The position numbers and the translations under genes were made by a program. Source: Tubiluchus corallicola (Eukaryota > Animalia > Priapulida). From it: DNA of 64,000 nucleotides. Each line of letters starts with the position of its first letter. The stretch's first letter is position 1. Below the pieces are notes generated by a model. That model did not search any database and was not told where the DNA came from. It was given only the letters and a program-made list of their open reading frames with translations. Positions 1 through 22,015 of this stretch are shown piece after piece. The stretch is taken from contig JAQGDQ010000103.1 of the NCBI GenBank assembly GCA_030141605.1, positions 558,001-622,000 of the forward strand. Direction: 5' to 3'.

Positions 1-253
1 AACAACCATAATAGCAATGGTGATGACATCGACAATGACAACGACTCTGATTACGACAACAACAGCAACAACGACAACAAAAATCGTAACGCCAGAAGTG
101 ATGACAACAACAATAAAGATTACAAGACAAAAATAGGTGCCACGTTTTTGACATATTATCGTCAATAAGAAAATCATTTGGAAGACAAGACAGCTTATAA
201 TCCAAAATTTATCTCCTAACACAAGCTGATAAACGCTTTAATAATGTTTACAG

Positions 254-3200
254 GCAGGTGGTGAAACAGCAACAATAACTCTACCAAGCGACGTAGATGC
301 AGCTCAGTTCTTGTTTGACAGCAATGAGGAATTTGTGGGAGATTTATTCTACTCAAATAACGAGAACGCAGTGTTTCGTGATCTGAACGTTTGGAGCACG
401 GCGCTGTCAGCGAAACAAGTGGCCAAGCTGTCGAAGTCCTGCATAAACTGTGGCGACGTCTATTGTTGGAAAGACTACCGAGCTGAAAATATTATTGGGC
501 AGGTAAAGTTCTTTCAGATAAAGTGATATTAAATCGATAGATAATGTACATAATGTATTACAATGTCCAGATAAATGTACAAGCGCCAAATGTTTGGAAA
601 CAACATTCTGACAGACAGATTTAAACATCTGTATTTCAAATCATACATTTCGACTGGCGGATAAGTAACTCTGAAATGTTAAGAAGTTAAGAAATGTTGC
701 CTATATAGCCAATGCAGTTGCCAACTTCTCTTTAAACACTAATCCACTGGGTATCGTTGATAATGTGTTTATTATGTGATACCTTTGAATTTAAAATATC
801 CTTCAAGTCGTAAAATCACTACCCGAATAACACAAAACGCGGGTTCTAACTAATCTACTGCTACAGTGACCTACTTTACAGATGATGATGTAGACGCCAA
901 CAGATGGCACTACATGGTAAGACTAAAGGTCCACTGACACCCTGGTTGCTGTTAAAACTCACTACTGATTAGCGTGATACAAAAAAGCGCCGCACAGTCA
1001 GCTTGCGAAAAACGAAAAATCGGGGAAGAAAGAAGGAAGTCCATACTCACTTGAATGCACTATATTTTATAGACGAAAAAATATTAATAACGAAGTACAA
1101 AGTGTAAAAGTTTTAATGTGACATGACTGGTATTTTGCACTGGGCTACTTTCTTGTTCATTTATTGATCATTTCTGCTTTATAAATGTCTCACTGCCAAG
1201 CTATCTTTTCCCCCATCACGTTCAGACAATGCTTTTGACAACGAGTGACCGATCATTTCTACGTTTTTCAGCGTACAAAATTGTAAAATAATAGTGGATT
1301 CTTAGGTACGATCGACGAGAAACGAACTAGACAGTAAGGCAGTAATGACAGGTTCTGTTTTCCTGGGCTTTACTGGCGTTTTGTGCCTGTGCAGACCAGG
1401 TATACTGTGCAAAGTTTCTTCATAAGAAAAAGAAAACGGAAAACCAGGAAAAAATGCCTTCCAGACAACATTTTTTAACTCATAGAAAGACATTTCTTAG
1501 ACACATTTTAACTACATTTTTAGACCCTTGGGAAACCTTTGTGGCATTTTTTCGAAAGCTTTAAATATTTGAGTCAAAAATATTCTCATAGTCTACAGTT
1601 TGACTGCTGATTGACGTGTATGTAAGTTTTATGTAATCGAGCACCTTTATTCTACGTGCAGCTGCCCAAACTTTATCTGGCAGGATAAATGGGCGATTTT
1701 ATTTGTGGCAAAAGGAAAAGATGTCCTATCCTCACTGCGGTCGCGTTTTTGTGCGCTTTTTACGTTGAAATAACGGTAAAGATTCGGGAGAAATATTTCA
1801 AAATTTAAAGAAAGGGAAGTTACCATTAAAATTGATAGTTTCCGTTAAATTGGTGGATTGAAAGGTCTTAATGCTAACGTAGTCTAAATATAATTTTCAT
1901 GAAATTTAGTTACAAAGGTTAATTATTACCATAATGACTGTGCATCTAACCCAAAATACAGCAGGCGCCGCTTAATAGACTCACTTTGGGACCGAGGTGT
2001 TTTGACCCAATTAACCGACTGAACCTATTCACCGATGGGTGTAGTATTACAGGTATAGAGAAATACAGAAGAGTCATCAGCTTACTATGCATTGCAAAGG
2101 TTTTTAATGAATATTAGAAATGAAGTAATGTCTAAATTTCTTTGTGCAGTTAAAAATTAGAAAAAAATATTTTAAAATATTAATTTATATACTTAGCAAT
2201 AAGTCAAAAAGTATACTTCATAGACTGTAGTGGCTAGCAGCTGACTTGCAGCTTAATTTAATTCGCGGGAGTACTCGGCACAAGTATTAGTCACTCTTCC
2301 TGACATGATGTCACAGCACTGAGTGTCATGGCGAGCGATAATATTTGTGACAGTACCAACGCTTAATTTAAGATACTATATCACATGAAAGCATGCACAA
2401 AACTGTTTTAAAAATAGGAAATATGTAATTCCGCCTACGCTATAAAATAAAATAACATTAAAAAATTGTGTCCTTTAAAGTAAAATTAGACAGAAATTTA
2501 ACAACCTGCACAGCAGTTGCAAACAGGGCACCATATTCTGACCAAATGGTTACTATTAAGGACGTGTAGGACATCATACAAGTTTTCATTTGGCGTTACT
2601 TTGAGTTAATCAAAATTGTCAAATTACGCCATCATTAATTAAGCCCTTCCGTTTGCCCTTGTTATGGAAATCATAATGCATGCCATGCAGCTACACACTT
2701 CAGGCATTCGCAAAAATGAAATGCAAGTTAAAACCGAAAAGAGTATGATTATGATGACACACTGGGTCTTTCGCTGCTCCAACTCACATAATACATTATT
2801 GAAATTGCTTACGCCATATATTGTATGCGAAATAAATGCCGAGGGAATTAATTGATTGAATTGAATTAGAATTACATTGCGACGCAGAATAAAAATGAAA
2901 TTTTGTGTCTAATGAGTGCCACTGTTGTCTCTATCAGCTTCCTATTTCAACATTCTTGGCTTCATTTAAAATTTTTGATTGTGCCACAGATCAATTGATT
3001 TTTCAGTCCCACGCAATGGCGTAGGTAGGGGAGGGTTCTGCCCCTGGCAGCACTTTTCAAAGGGCGGCATTTTGATCAAGTACTTTGAAAAAGTTAATTC
3101 TATCGGAACAATAGAATGTGTTACAAAACTTTTATTTTGAGACCTATAATAACTTTTGAATCTGGAGTTGCCTGGAGTTAGTATAAATGTAGTTCGTTAT

Positions 3201-4459
3201 CCATAACCAGTTTGCTCAGGGGACACCCATCTATTTACTGACCAAGATTAACGTTTGTTAAATATGGTGAATAAGCATAGGTCACAACCAATTCAGCTGC
3301 TCTCTTCGCCACAACCTTATATAAAATGTAAGGAATAAGCACAATATGAATCTAATTTGAGTAATTACGTAATTACATGTTCAAAGCCTTTCGGAATAAA
3401 AATGGTATTGATTCGTGTTTTAAAAATTGATAGTGACAATTTGTTTTAGTGGGTCATCAATTTATCTCCACAGTAATTGATTTTTCGGTTATCACAATTG
3501 CATAACAACACCCATAAAGTTTACAAAATAATCCAAAATCACAAGGATGTTGCTACGTTTATTTTTAACCTGGGACAAACTCAAGTGCCGCTCCGGGCGC
3601 CACAAGCTACGCCACTGGTTACGCAACCTGTCCCACGCCGTGTATTCCAGTTTCCATAAAGGAGAGGGAATGGTTTAAAATATTTGGGGAACATCTAGAA
3701 TCACGTAAAGTGTATTTTGTTTCCAAGTTTTTTGCTACACATACGAAACATCGTTTATATCAAATATGTAACAAATGTAATGCAGAGAAGCAGTCATCAT
3801 AATTGTAGGAAAGACACAAATAAATTATATATTTAAGAAAATTATTTTGATAAATATTGTTTTTCCAGATCATTGAAGCGTTTCCTTCGACATGCTTGAC
3901 CCAACAGGATTTAAAACAAAAATGCATCAATCCAGCTACAGCAAAGGTCTCCACTGTCACCACTATCACTAATCGCCATCAATATGGAAAAATATCAAAA
4001 CCAAAATCAGGCTATGGTTCAAATCCTCGCTATGGTTCCAATTCTGGCAGTGGTTCAGGTTCTAGGTATGGTTCCAATTCTGGCAGTGGTTCAGGTTCTA
4101 GATATGGTTCCAATTCTGGCAGTGGTTCAGGTTCTAGGTATGGTTCTAATTCTGGCAGTGGTTCAGGTTCTAGGTATGGTTCCAATTCTGGCAGTGGTTC
4201 AGGTTCTAGGTATGGTTCTAATTCTGGCAGTGGTTCAGGTTCTAGGTATGGTTCCAATTCTGGCAGTGGTTCAGGTTCTAGGTATGGTTCCAGTTCTGGC
4301 TATGACTCAGATTCTGGGTATGGTTCTAATTCTGGGACAAGACCTGGTTCTAGGTATGATTCCAATCCTGGCAGTGATTCCGGTTATGGTTATGGTGCAC
4401 CAGGAATTCGCCGACTGAAAAAATCAAAACGAAGAGGCTATGGAAAATCTAGTTACTGA
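254..4459 (+). CDS. Pentraxin/LamG-domain protein with Gly/Ser/Tyr-repeat C-terminal tail; last two coding exons 254-502 and 3869-4459 (5' part lies left of the window)
   Basis: Exon 254-502 has acceptor tttacAG and donor CAG|gtaaag; it is 83 codons, phase 0/0, and encodes ...FVGDLFY...[35 protein letters not shown]...IIGQ, the pentraxin C-terminal pattern (NVW..L...V..L..C..GD...W). It joins in frame to acceptor ttttccAG at 3869 (IIEAFPSTC...), followed by 7x [12 protein letters not shown], then [16 protein letters not shown] and TGA at 4457-4459. Confidence 0.8.
1957..2040 (+). mobile_element. Possible left end of a pogo/Tigger-like DNA transposon
   Basis: TA followed by CAGCAGGCGCCGCTTAATAG..., resembling Tigger-type TIRs; no matching right end found. 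Confidence 0.3.
3014..3629. mobile_element. hAT-like MITE (CAGTGGCGTAGC TIR family)
   Basis: Left end CAATGGCGTAG (3014) and right end GCTACGCCACTG (3606-3617) followed by a degenerate copy of that end; GTCCCACG occurs at 3006-3013 and 3630-3637 as an 8-bp TSD. Confidence 0.65.
4031..4390 (+). repeat. Coding 36-bp tandem repeat (7 near-perfect units 4031-4282 plus about 3 degenerate units)
   Basis: Unit TATGGTTC[C/T]AATTCTGGCAGTGGTTCAGGTTCTAG[G/A]; differences among the 7 units are synonymous in the [12 protein letters not shown] frame. Confidence 0.95.
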
Positions 4460-4711
4460 GGCTTAAAAATGTATGTTCAAACTTAAAAAATACGAAAAGC
4501 TTGTAGAAAGAAAAATCATAATAATCAAGCAAGAGGAAAAATCGTGATTTTCTACGTTTGACAATCGGTACATCCTACGAAGCGTATAGATCCTACGGTG
4601 ATGTTTGATTTCTGTAATTTGACATCTGAATGCTTTGTTTGCTAACATGATTGAAATTTTTGGTGATTGTGAGTGTTGTTCAATGTCAAATGTTGTTCAG
4701 TGTGTTAAAAC

Positions 4712-6171
4712 CAGGGTTTCACAAGGCCGCGACTTCTTTGCGAAGTTCGAAAAATTTCTAACAGTCGCCAGAAAATCTCATAACTGTGTTTTGTGTCGTC
4801 CAGGTCACAAATTATTCATGCGAAGTTTTAAATAATTTTTTTCTCGGGCGAAAGTCGCGAGAATGTCATAGGGTTAGGGTTAGCGTACTAAAGCGACCTG
4901 CGATACTTTACGTATGTATGTAATTTATTGACCAACGAATTTATAATAAGATTACAAATTGCAGGGTAGATGATAAAAATAATAAACGCTTTATTTCACA
5001 AGTATATACACAAGTACAATTAACAAATCACGCACTTAAACAGTCAACGCATACAGGAACACGTCCACAAGCAGTTAGTCCATAACAAGGCATATTCCTT
5101 ACTGCGACGTCGCTAAAGTGCAACTTGAGTGCATGTTAAACGACATGGCGAATGTTGCACGAAATTCGCGCGAGCATGATGTAATCATTTCAAGACCGTT
5201 TCATAAGATTTTCGCGGGAGGAGTGTAGGACAGCCGAGGTTCTCTAAAAGTAGCCAAAATGTTGAAAAATGGTCGCAAAGACGACGCAGCATTCTCAAAA
5301 GCCTCTTAAAATTAATATTCTCCAAGTTTTCGTGGAGTTTCGCCAAATTGGACGAACATGACGAGAAAAATAGCGTAAAATAGCTAATATTACATTGATG
5401 TATAATGTAGGTTTTGACCACATTTGAATTAATTTTGACTGTGAAGATCTCATTGAGGTTTATAAAAACTGCCAGAAAAGAAAACATTTTATTTTGTCCT
5501 TATTTAAAGTTAATCAAATAGTTGTTTCTATCTAACTTGCATAGCCATAAACTAAACTAAACTGCGCGTTTTCTTGACTGCAACATGATTTAGTCAGCAA
5601 CTCACAGACGTTGAACGTTGTGCATTTCTTCGTATAAATGAAACTAGACTATGTATTTCCACTAATTCACTTGCAATTTCAATTGACAATAATAAAATCT
5701 GAAACCAAGCCAATATTTCTCCCGCTAACTAATGAAAAGTTGAGCATTTTTCACAACAGTGTTAGACGGAGCTGTACCTAAATGTCCTGGACGTACCTGC
5801 GATAATTAAGCTCTGCAGGTGTGTGAAATAAGTTGCACGCTGATTGGGCCAGTCAACGAAAATGATTGACATTATGTTAGACGTCAATTGGCGCCGTTTT
5901 ATCACACGTCTTGAACATGTTCAGACAAATTTACAACAGTTTGGGGAAATTTTGGTTAGGTGGAGAGTTTTGTGAGTCTGGCGATAAATTTTAAACACTT
6001 TAAATTTTTTGTCAAAGCCAGAGACATCTAGCCCTAGACGACTACCGCGAACACCAGCGACACCTGCGAGTGTTTTGTGACTATTCGAGGATCTTTTGGA
6101 GCATATTTCGCGATTGTTGGACTCTGAAATTTTCGAATTGTCGCCGAAGTCGCGATCTCCGTGAAACCCTG
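4712..6171. mobile_element. Non-autonomous DNA transposon with CAGGGTTTCAC TIRs (hAT-like)
   Basis: Left CAGGGTTTCACAAGGCCGCGACTTC...TTCGAAAAATTT; right AATTTTCGAA...GAAGTCGCGATCTCCGTGAAACCCTG. Many subterminal GCGAC/GTCGC motifs; no clean TSD and no transposase. Confidence 0.7.
4977..5066 (-). mobile_element. 3' tail fragment of a non-LTR retroelement (copy 1)
   Basis: Closely similar to 6418-6502; on the - strand it ends ...AAATAAAGCGTTTATTATT. Confidence 0.55.
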
Positions 6172-6325
6172 GCTTAACTGACCATTGATATCAATGTATA
6201 TATTACAACAGGTTGCCTTTTTTTCTTTAATTTGAAACTGCACTAATAACAGCAAAGTTAGCAGGTGTTTTATTTAACTCGCTTATGATATAATATATGT
6301 TTTTGCTGATTTTAATTCATTATAC

Positions 6326-6502
<177 letters not shown>

Positions 6503-6986
6503 CTACAAATACTTTTTAAGCGTAGTTGATTAAAAAAATACAATAATTTATAACAAACACATCCCCATATATATCTATATATATATATCACAGGGCTGAT
6601 TGAATTTATTATGCATATACCATAATTTGTTCACTATTTATTAGACATTTTTTTTTCTATGATATTTTTATTGTATTCATTATAATTATGTAGTAAAATG
6701 TAGAATTTATAATGGGAGTGCATTTATTATTTTGTGTAGGGACGTGTAACGTAAAGATTGTATTTGTTACTACGTTATATTTTATTAATTGATAATTTAG
6801 AAAAGATCATTACTTTATAAAAGCACGTTTTGAACGTTTTGTTTAATTTTCCTACATAGGATTGAAGTGAATTGAATTGAATTTGCACAAAGAGTGTAGT
6901 TATTTCGTACATGTGTGCGTTAATCAGGGCATTTTTATTAAATTAATTGACGTTTTCGAAGCTAAGCACTCCCACTTTCTACAATA

Positions 6987-7419
6987 CCTTAAAAACTTAA
7001 TTAACGAGCGCAGCAAGTGATATGATTTTTAGTCGCAGAAACATTCCACGAGCGAGCATGTTGTTACTTGTTTACGAATTTGAAAATTGAAGTACAGTGC
7101 TACTGTACAACATTCAATGTAATATGAAAAAACTCAACAAATTTATGTTTAAAATTTTAAATTCGAAGGTACCGCTGCGTCACCACAATTACGGCAGTAC
7201 TGAACTGAGAAGTTCTGAAATGTAGGCGGTATGTCCATCTAACTAGCAAATGGCGAAATACAAACGTAACAGCGAAGAACTAGCCGCGCGAACTTGAAAT
7301 TAAATTTTCGTAGTAATAGCTCTAAAAAAGTCACTCTTTAAAAACAGTTTTATTTTCCTTCAGTGTTTTATGCATTAGATTGTTTTGAGCTATAGTTTAA
7401 AATTGAGTCCTGTTCTCCT
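6987..7419 (+). mobile_element. Kolobok/T2-type MITE family A, 5'-truncated copy
   Basis: Shares the core with the 16341 copy (GAAAATTGAAGTACAGTGCT...CTGAACTGAGA...AGCGAAGAACTAG...TTGTTTTGAGCTATAGTTTAA); ends CCTGTTCTCCT followed by TTAA. Confidence 0.75.
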
Positions 7420-7781
7420 TTAATTTCTTTTTGCGACACGGTATGTATCATACACAATAGAAATTGTCAACCTGTATATATTAGCTGCTGCATTTTGTCA
7501 AAAAGGAGACCCATATATCATTTTCCTTTTTACACTGAACAGATAGTCGCAACAGTTTGCTATTACTTATATTGTACGTTTGAGTAACTTGAATATATAC
7601 TCATACAAATAATTGAAATATAAATATATCAAAATAATGTTAATTCAAAACACCGGCAAATTAAAAATATTTATGTATTACGTAAATTTTATTTACGTAA
7701 AGAGAGTTATCTAAATTTGTAGTCACAGCTGCAAATTACGGATAATTAATTTAATTTTATAAGTAACAAAAAGCTCATTTT

Positions 7782-7918
7782 TGTGATCTATGCATCTAGT
7801 ATGTATCTAGTGATCTATGATCTAGTGATCTATGAGACTTTGTGTCCAGTGAACTTTGATCTAGTGATCTATGGTCTAGTGATCTGTGATCTAGTAATCT
7901 ATGATCTGGTGGTCTACC
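7782..7918. repeat. 15-bp minisatellite (TGATCTATGATCTAG)n
   Basis: About 9 degenerate tandem units; this explains the spurious ORFs 7783-7971 and 7796-8044. Confidence 0.85.
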
Positions 7919-8083
7919 ACTATGTATCCAATTCGGAACTAGAACTTTATTTGAGTGCACAGGTGCTATAGTAAAATGTAAAATATTCATACGAAATATG
8001 ATATCTACGAAGGACAGAAGAATAACAGATAAATTGCAAAACAAATTAAAGTAACAGAATAGAAAATTTAAAATACAATTATA

Positions 8084-8638
8084 TGGGGTGCCTCAAAAGT
8101 CACTAAACTATTTGAGTTCTTATTTTCTTTTAAAATGCTTCTCCAATCTGAGGAAGCTTTTACATGAATCCAAAGGGGCATTTGGTATCTCTTTTTTATT
8201 TATTGGAATCTGTGGCTATGGTGATGACAGTAATGGTAGAAACAAGATGCAAAATCAGTCCGGCGTGAGGTTCTTCGATCACCAACTGAAGTTTAGAGCT
8301 CCATATTGTCTACACTATTCTTTCACTATTAATAATGTAGTTTTTCAACAAGGAACAGCCCTTTCTCACAACTCCTGAGCTGTGAGAGACTTTCCCAATG
8401 CAAGCTGCTCGACTTGCTATTACATTGATCTCTGATTCTGAGGCTCTTGAGGTCCCTGAAAAAGGTTTGGAAAATAACAAAGTCTACTAACGCCGTAGTT
8501 CTTTTCAAACTTTTTGTTTAATTTGACTAAAAGAATTGCTCAAGATTTTAGTTCATCTGTACCAATTTTCAAACGCTTTGCTTTGTTTGTCAAAAATATA
8601 GAAAGTATAAAGCGTATAGTGACTTATGAGACACCCGA
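8084..8638. mobile_element. Tc1/mariner-type MITE
   Basis: TIRs TGGGGTGCCTCAAAAGTCACTA and TAGTGACTTATGAGACACCCGA, each flanked by TA (8082-8083 and 8639-8640). Confidence 0.75.
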
Positions 8639-9154
8639 TATTTCTTACAAGTGATGTATTAAAATTGTCATGTACACCACTATTTTTACTATATTTTCAA
8701 CAACATAAAGCAGTTTTTCCAAAGTATCGTTTTGAAGCAAACATTCCTTAAGCAAACGACGGAATTGATGTTACAATCACTGATTCAATTCTTGCAACTC
8801 AAATATGGATAAAAAGGAAATAAAGGAAAATCGTGGTTCACTTCGGATACGAACCATGGGCCATTGAGTTGCATCCTGATTATCTTAGACTACTGAACGA
8901 CAGTAGTTAAAACATCGGGTTTTTAGCACAGAGATTCCTGATTCAAAGCCGGATTCAGGTTTATTTTTTTACATGTTATCCTTTCCGTCAATTTGGATTA
9001 CAAAAATGTAATCAATTGTATGCTCCATCATTAACTAATAACCTGCCATTATAATCGCATGTAATTCATTAATTATTCTAATTATAGGTCTTAGACCCGA
9101 ATAAACGTATTTTGTATGTCCACACACATTAAACAATAACACTACATTTACATA

Positions 9155-9232
9155 AACGACATAGTCTGGTGTATCGCGTATGCTTAGACTGGGAGGTCGC
9201 GGGTTCAATTCTACAGCCTGGTAATACCAAGT
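9155..9232 (+). mobile_element. tRNA-derived SINE head (degenerate)
   Basis: A-box-like TAGTCTGGTG followed by GGAGGTCGCGGGTTCAATTC B-box; no intact cloverleaf. Confidence 0.45.
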
Positions 9233-9985
9233 TGTTCAAAACAAGCTTACGTTTTATTTTTAATATTCGATTTTAAATAAAATTTTCATTTCATTTCATA
9301 TGCCAGGTACAGGTAATTAACATAGCATTATAATGAGACTGACTACGCGGTGAACAGTGATCGCACTGTGTAAGAGGTTCTTATGGGCTCATGCACCTTC
9401 TAATAATAATAATAAAAGGAGATATAAACTCAGTTTTACAGACTTATTGTAGACTTATTGCAGACTAACCGTAGTAAAGACTAATTGTTGTCAAATTGCA
9501 GCGCAGCTTAAGACTAACTATAGTAAAATTTATGCAATACCAGCACTATAAACTGTGCCAGTAACAGAGTTTTGTAAAAACCGTGGTGACATCTATCGAC
9601 AGAAAAGATGAAGTATAATAAGCTGTTGAACCTTTTAGTGCAACTGTGCTGACAACTTTGAGGAGTCTTCCATGTAACGACATGTTTTATCATACTTTAA
9701 TCTTACTCTTTAAAATTAACCTGCCTTTAATGTTGTATTTTTCGAACCTATGTGTTATTATTGTATTTCATCTGCAGGCCAGCGCCATCTCTTGTTTTTA
9801 GTTGAAACAAATGCGATGTGCTGATTAGGTCGTGTGATTACATGTCCAGGAATGAGACACAGAAGTGACAAAAAATTGAAGAAAGTGCATTAAAGAAAGA
9901 ATTATTATCAAGTGTGCAATTTTAGGTGACAACAATGCTTATCAGCATGAAGTTATCACTCAGTCATAATTTTAACACATCCCGT

Positions 9986-19996
<10,011 letters not shown>

Positions 19997-20467
19997 CTTG
20001 GTTGCTATCTTTCTCTACATGCTGAGAACAGTACAACACACAATTTAAACAGTTGCAGAAACTTAAATGAACGTTCTGCAAATTCAGATTAACATAGTAC
20101 GACTGTTACGCTGCCGCTAATTATCAAAAATTATGAGCGCGCTGATATGCGTTACAGAAACACCGGAATAATGTTTTTTATGAGCCAATATTACTTTGCC
20201 GAACCAGACATTCTTCATTTTTCGGGTTAACAGACCAGGATTCGAGTTGCCTTACTTGCTGCAGCATTTGACTGTGATTGACATTTATGAGTTGCTGGCG
20301 TCAGCCAATCAGGGTTGCCTAATTTTACTGTGCTTTGTACAAATAGCTCAAGCAACTCACAGTATTCAAATAATTACGTAAAACTGCGGCCCTAGTAGAG
20401 AAAGGGACAGTTTAGTGGCGATTAGAGAGTGTTAGTAAGATACCGAAGTTGAAACGGAAATATTTAA

Positions 20468-21043
20468 AGGAAAACAGGATAATTTTTCATATCTTATCCC
20501 ATTTTGAAGTACGTTAAATAGTACACATTTAGATAATTAAATAATAGGCTTAAAATAGCTTAGCTAACGGCGGGCGAGCCCAACTGAACATAATTTTCAA
20601 CTGAACACACATTTCACGAGTGTTTTACACGTGTTTGTTAAAGCGAAAATTGAAGTACGGTGCTACCGAACAACATTCAGTGTGATGTGGAAAAACTTGG
20701 CAAATTTTAAATTAAAACTCAAATTTCAAGTTTACTGCTGTGCTCACGCATAAGCTCTCGAACGTGAACATTACGTCATAACTGAACACCTCTGAACTAA
20801 GAGGTACAGAACCTGTTTTTTTTTGTACGACGTGTCTGCGAAATGCAGGTTTAGTACGCATTAAATTAGCGAATGGCAAAATGAATGTAAGCAGCGAAGA
20901 ACTAGCCGCACGAACGCGAAATTACCGTTCTGTTTTAATATTTTTTTCATGCACGTCATTCTTAAAGAAATGGTAGGTTCCCTTTGAATATCTTATAGAG
21001 TAGATTGTTTTGAATTATAGTTTAAGATTGGGTCTAGTTTCCT
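20468..21043 (+). mobile_element. Kolobok/T2-type MITE family A copy, about 470 bp upstream of the Vax ATG
   Basis: TTAA|AGGAAAACAGG ... GTCTAGTTTCCT; internal sequence collinear with 16341-16891. Confidence 0.8.
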
Positions 21044-21599
21044 TTGTATTTCTTCATGGAATAGTAACACGCGCATGGAAACTGGAATTTTGTTTGTTTC
21101 TGTTAATTCGATGTTAGGATAGGATTTCTGGGATCGGTTCTTTAAATAACCTCATGATGATCTTGAGACAAAATTCTAAGAGCCAACTGTTAAAAATTAT
21201 TTTGGATACAATTAATTTCATATCTCGCTACTCGCAAGCTCTTCTTCCTAATTTTTTTTGCCTCACACATTTTTTTGAAAATTTACTGTTTCATATAACG
21301 TTTTAATCAAATCATATTTTACTGATCCTTGATTGTAAATATTTAAAAAACACAACTAAAGAGAAATTAAATTGTAGATAGCGAGATGAAGGTTGAAAGT
21401 AGCTTTAGAAAAGCTAAATTAATTGATGATTTATTAATAGAATTAAAAAGACGCATGTTTTTTGTCTTCAGTTATTTTTATTATTATTTTTGGTACAAAT
21501 TTCTTGTCAGTTTTATTGCCCCTACATTTGCTCACAAAATAAGTGATACAATGTTTATTAAAGCACAAAAACACATTTCATAAATAAAGATAATAAAAA

Positions 21600-22015
21600 T
21601 TTGTCTTGAAATTTTTGTATCACTCACATGCTGTCTTAATGCATAAAGGGCTTGCAATAGACTCCGCGATGACCATTAGGCGCAGACATTTTAACGGTAT
21701 GTTGTTTGAAACAAGTTTAGATAACATTGCATAAAGTTTGCAAAAACAATCAGAGCATTTGTTGCACTCTCTTCGCTAACTAGCCAAAACTTTACATTAC
21801 TTTTACTTTATATTAGATTAATAATGTATTTTTTGTGAACCAGTAGTGCACATTAGGATAATGATACAGCGACGTTTGGAGCAAACACTTTAAATCACTC
21901 AGAATTTTCTTTTCTAGTTGCATAAATCTTTCAAACAAGTAAGCGTAGTGCTGAGAAATATAACTTTGTGTGAAAAGTTTTTTTGGGATGTACTTTAAAA
22001 TTGCCTCTTGCCCCT
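21600..22015 (+). mobile_element. Dispersed repeat family B (Kolobok-like right end CCCCT|TTAA)
   Basis: Similar to 39262-39515 (TCTTGAAATTTT.GTATCAC...CATGCTG, TCTTTCAAACAAGTAAGCGT, AAAGTT.TTTGGGATG). Confidence 0.55.

Noticed and set aside
882-916. AG...GTAAG-bounded 35-nt possible micro-exon
   Set aside because: Not a multiple of 3, and it has TAG in the required phase-0 frame.
3984-4418. Alternative-frame ORFs ([12 protein letters not shown])n and antisense ([12 protein letters not shown])n
   Set aside because: Shadows of the 36-bp repeat; only the YGSNSG frame is splice-compatible and has synonymous unit variation.
4868-4883. TAGGGTTAGGGTTAG telomere-like motif
   Set aside because: Only about 2.5 units inside a DNA transposon; not an interstitial telomere.
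9155-9232. Functional tRNA gene
   Set aside because: Acceptor and D stems do not pair; treated as a SINE head.
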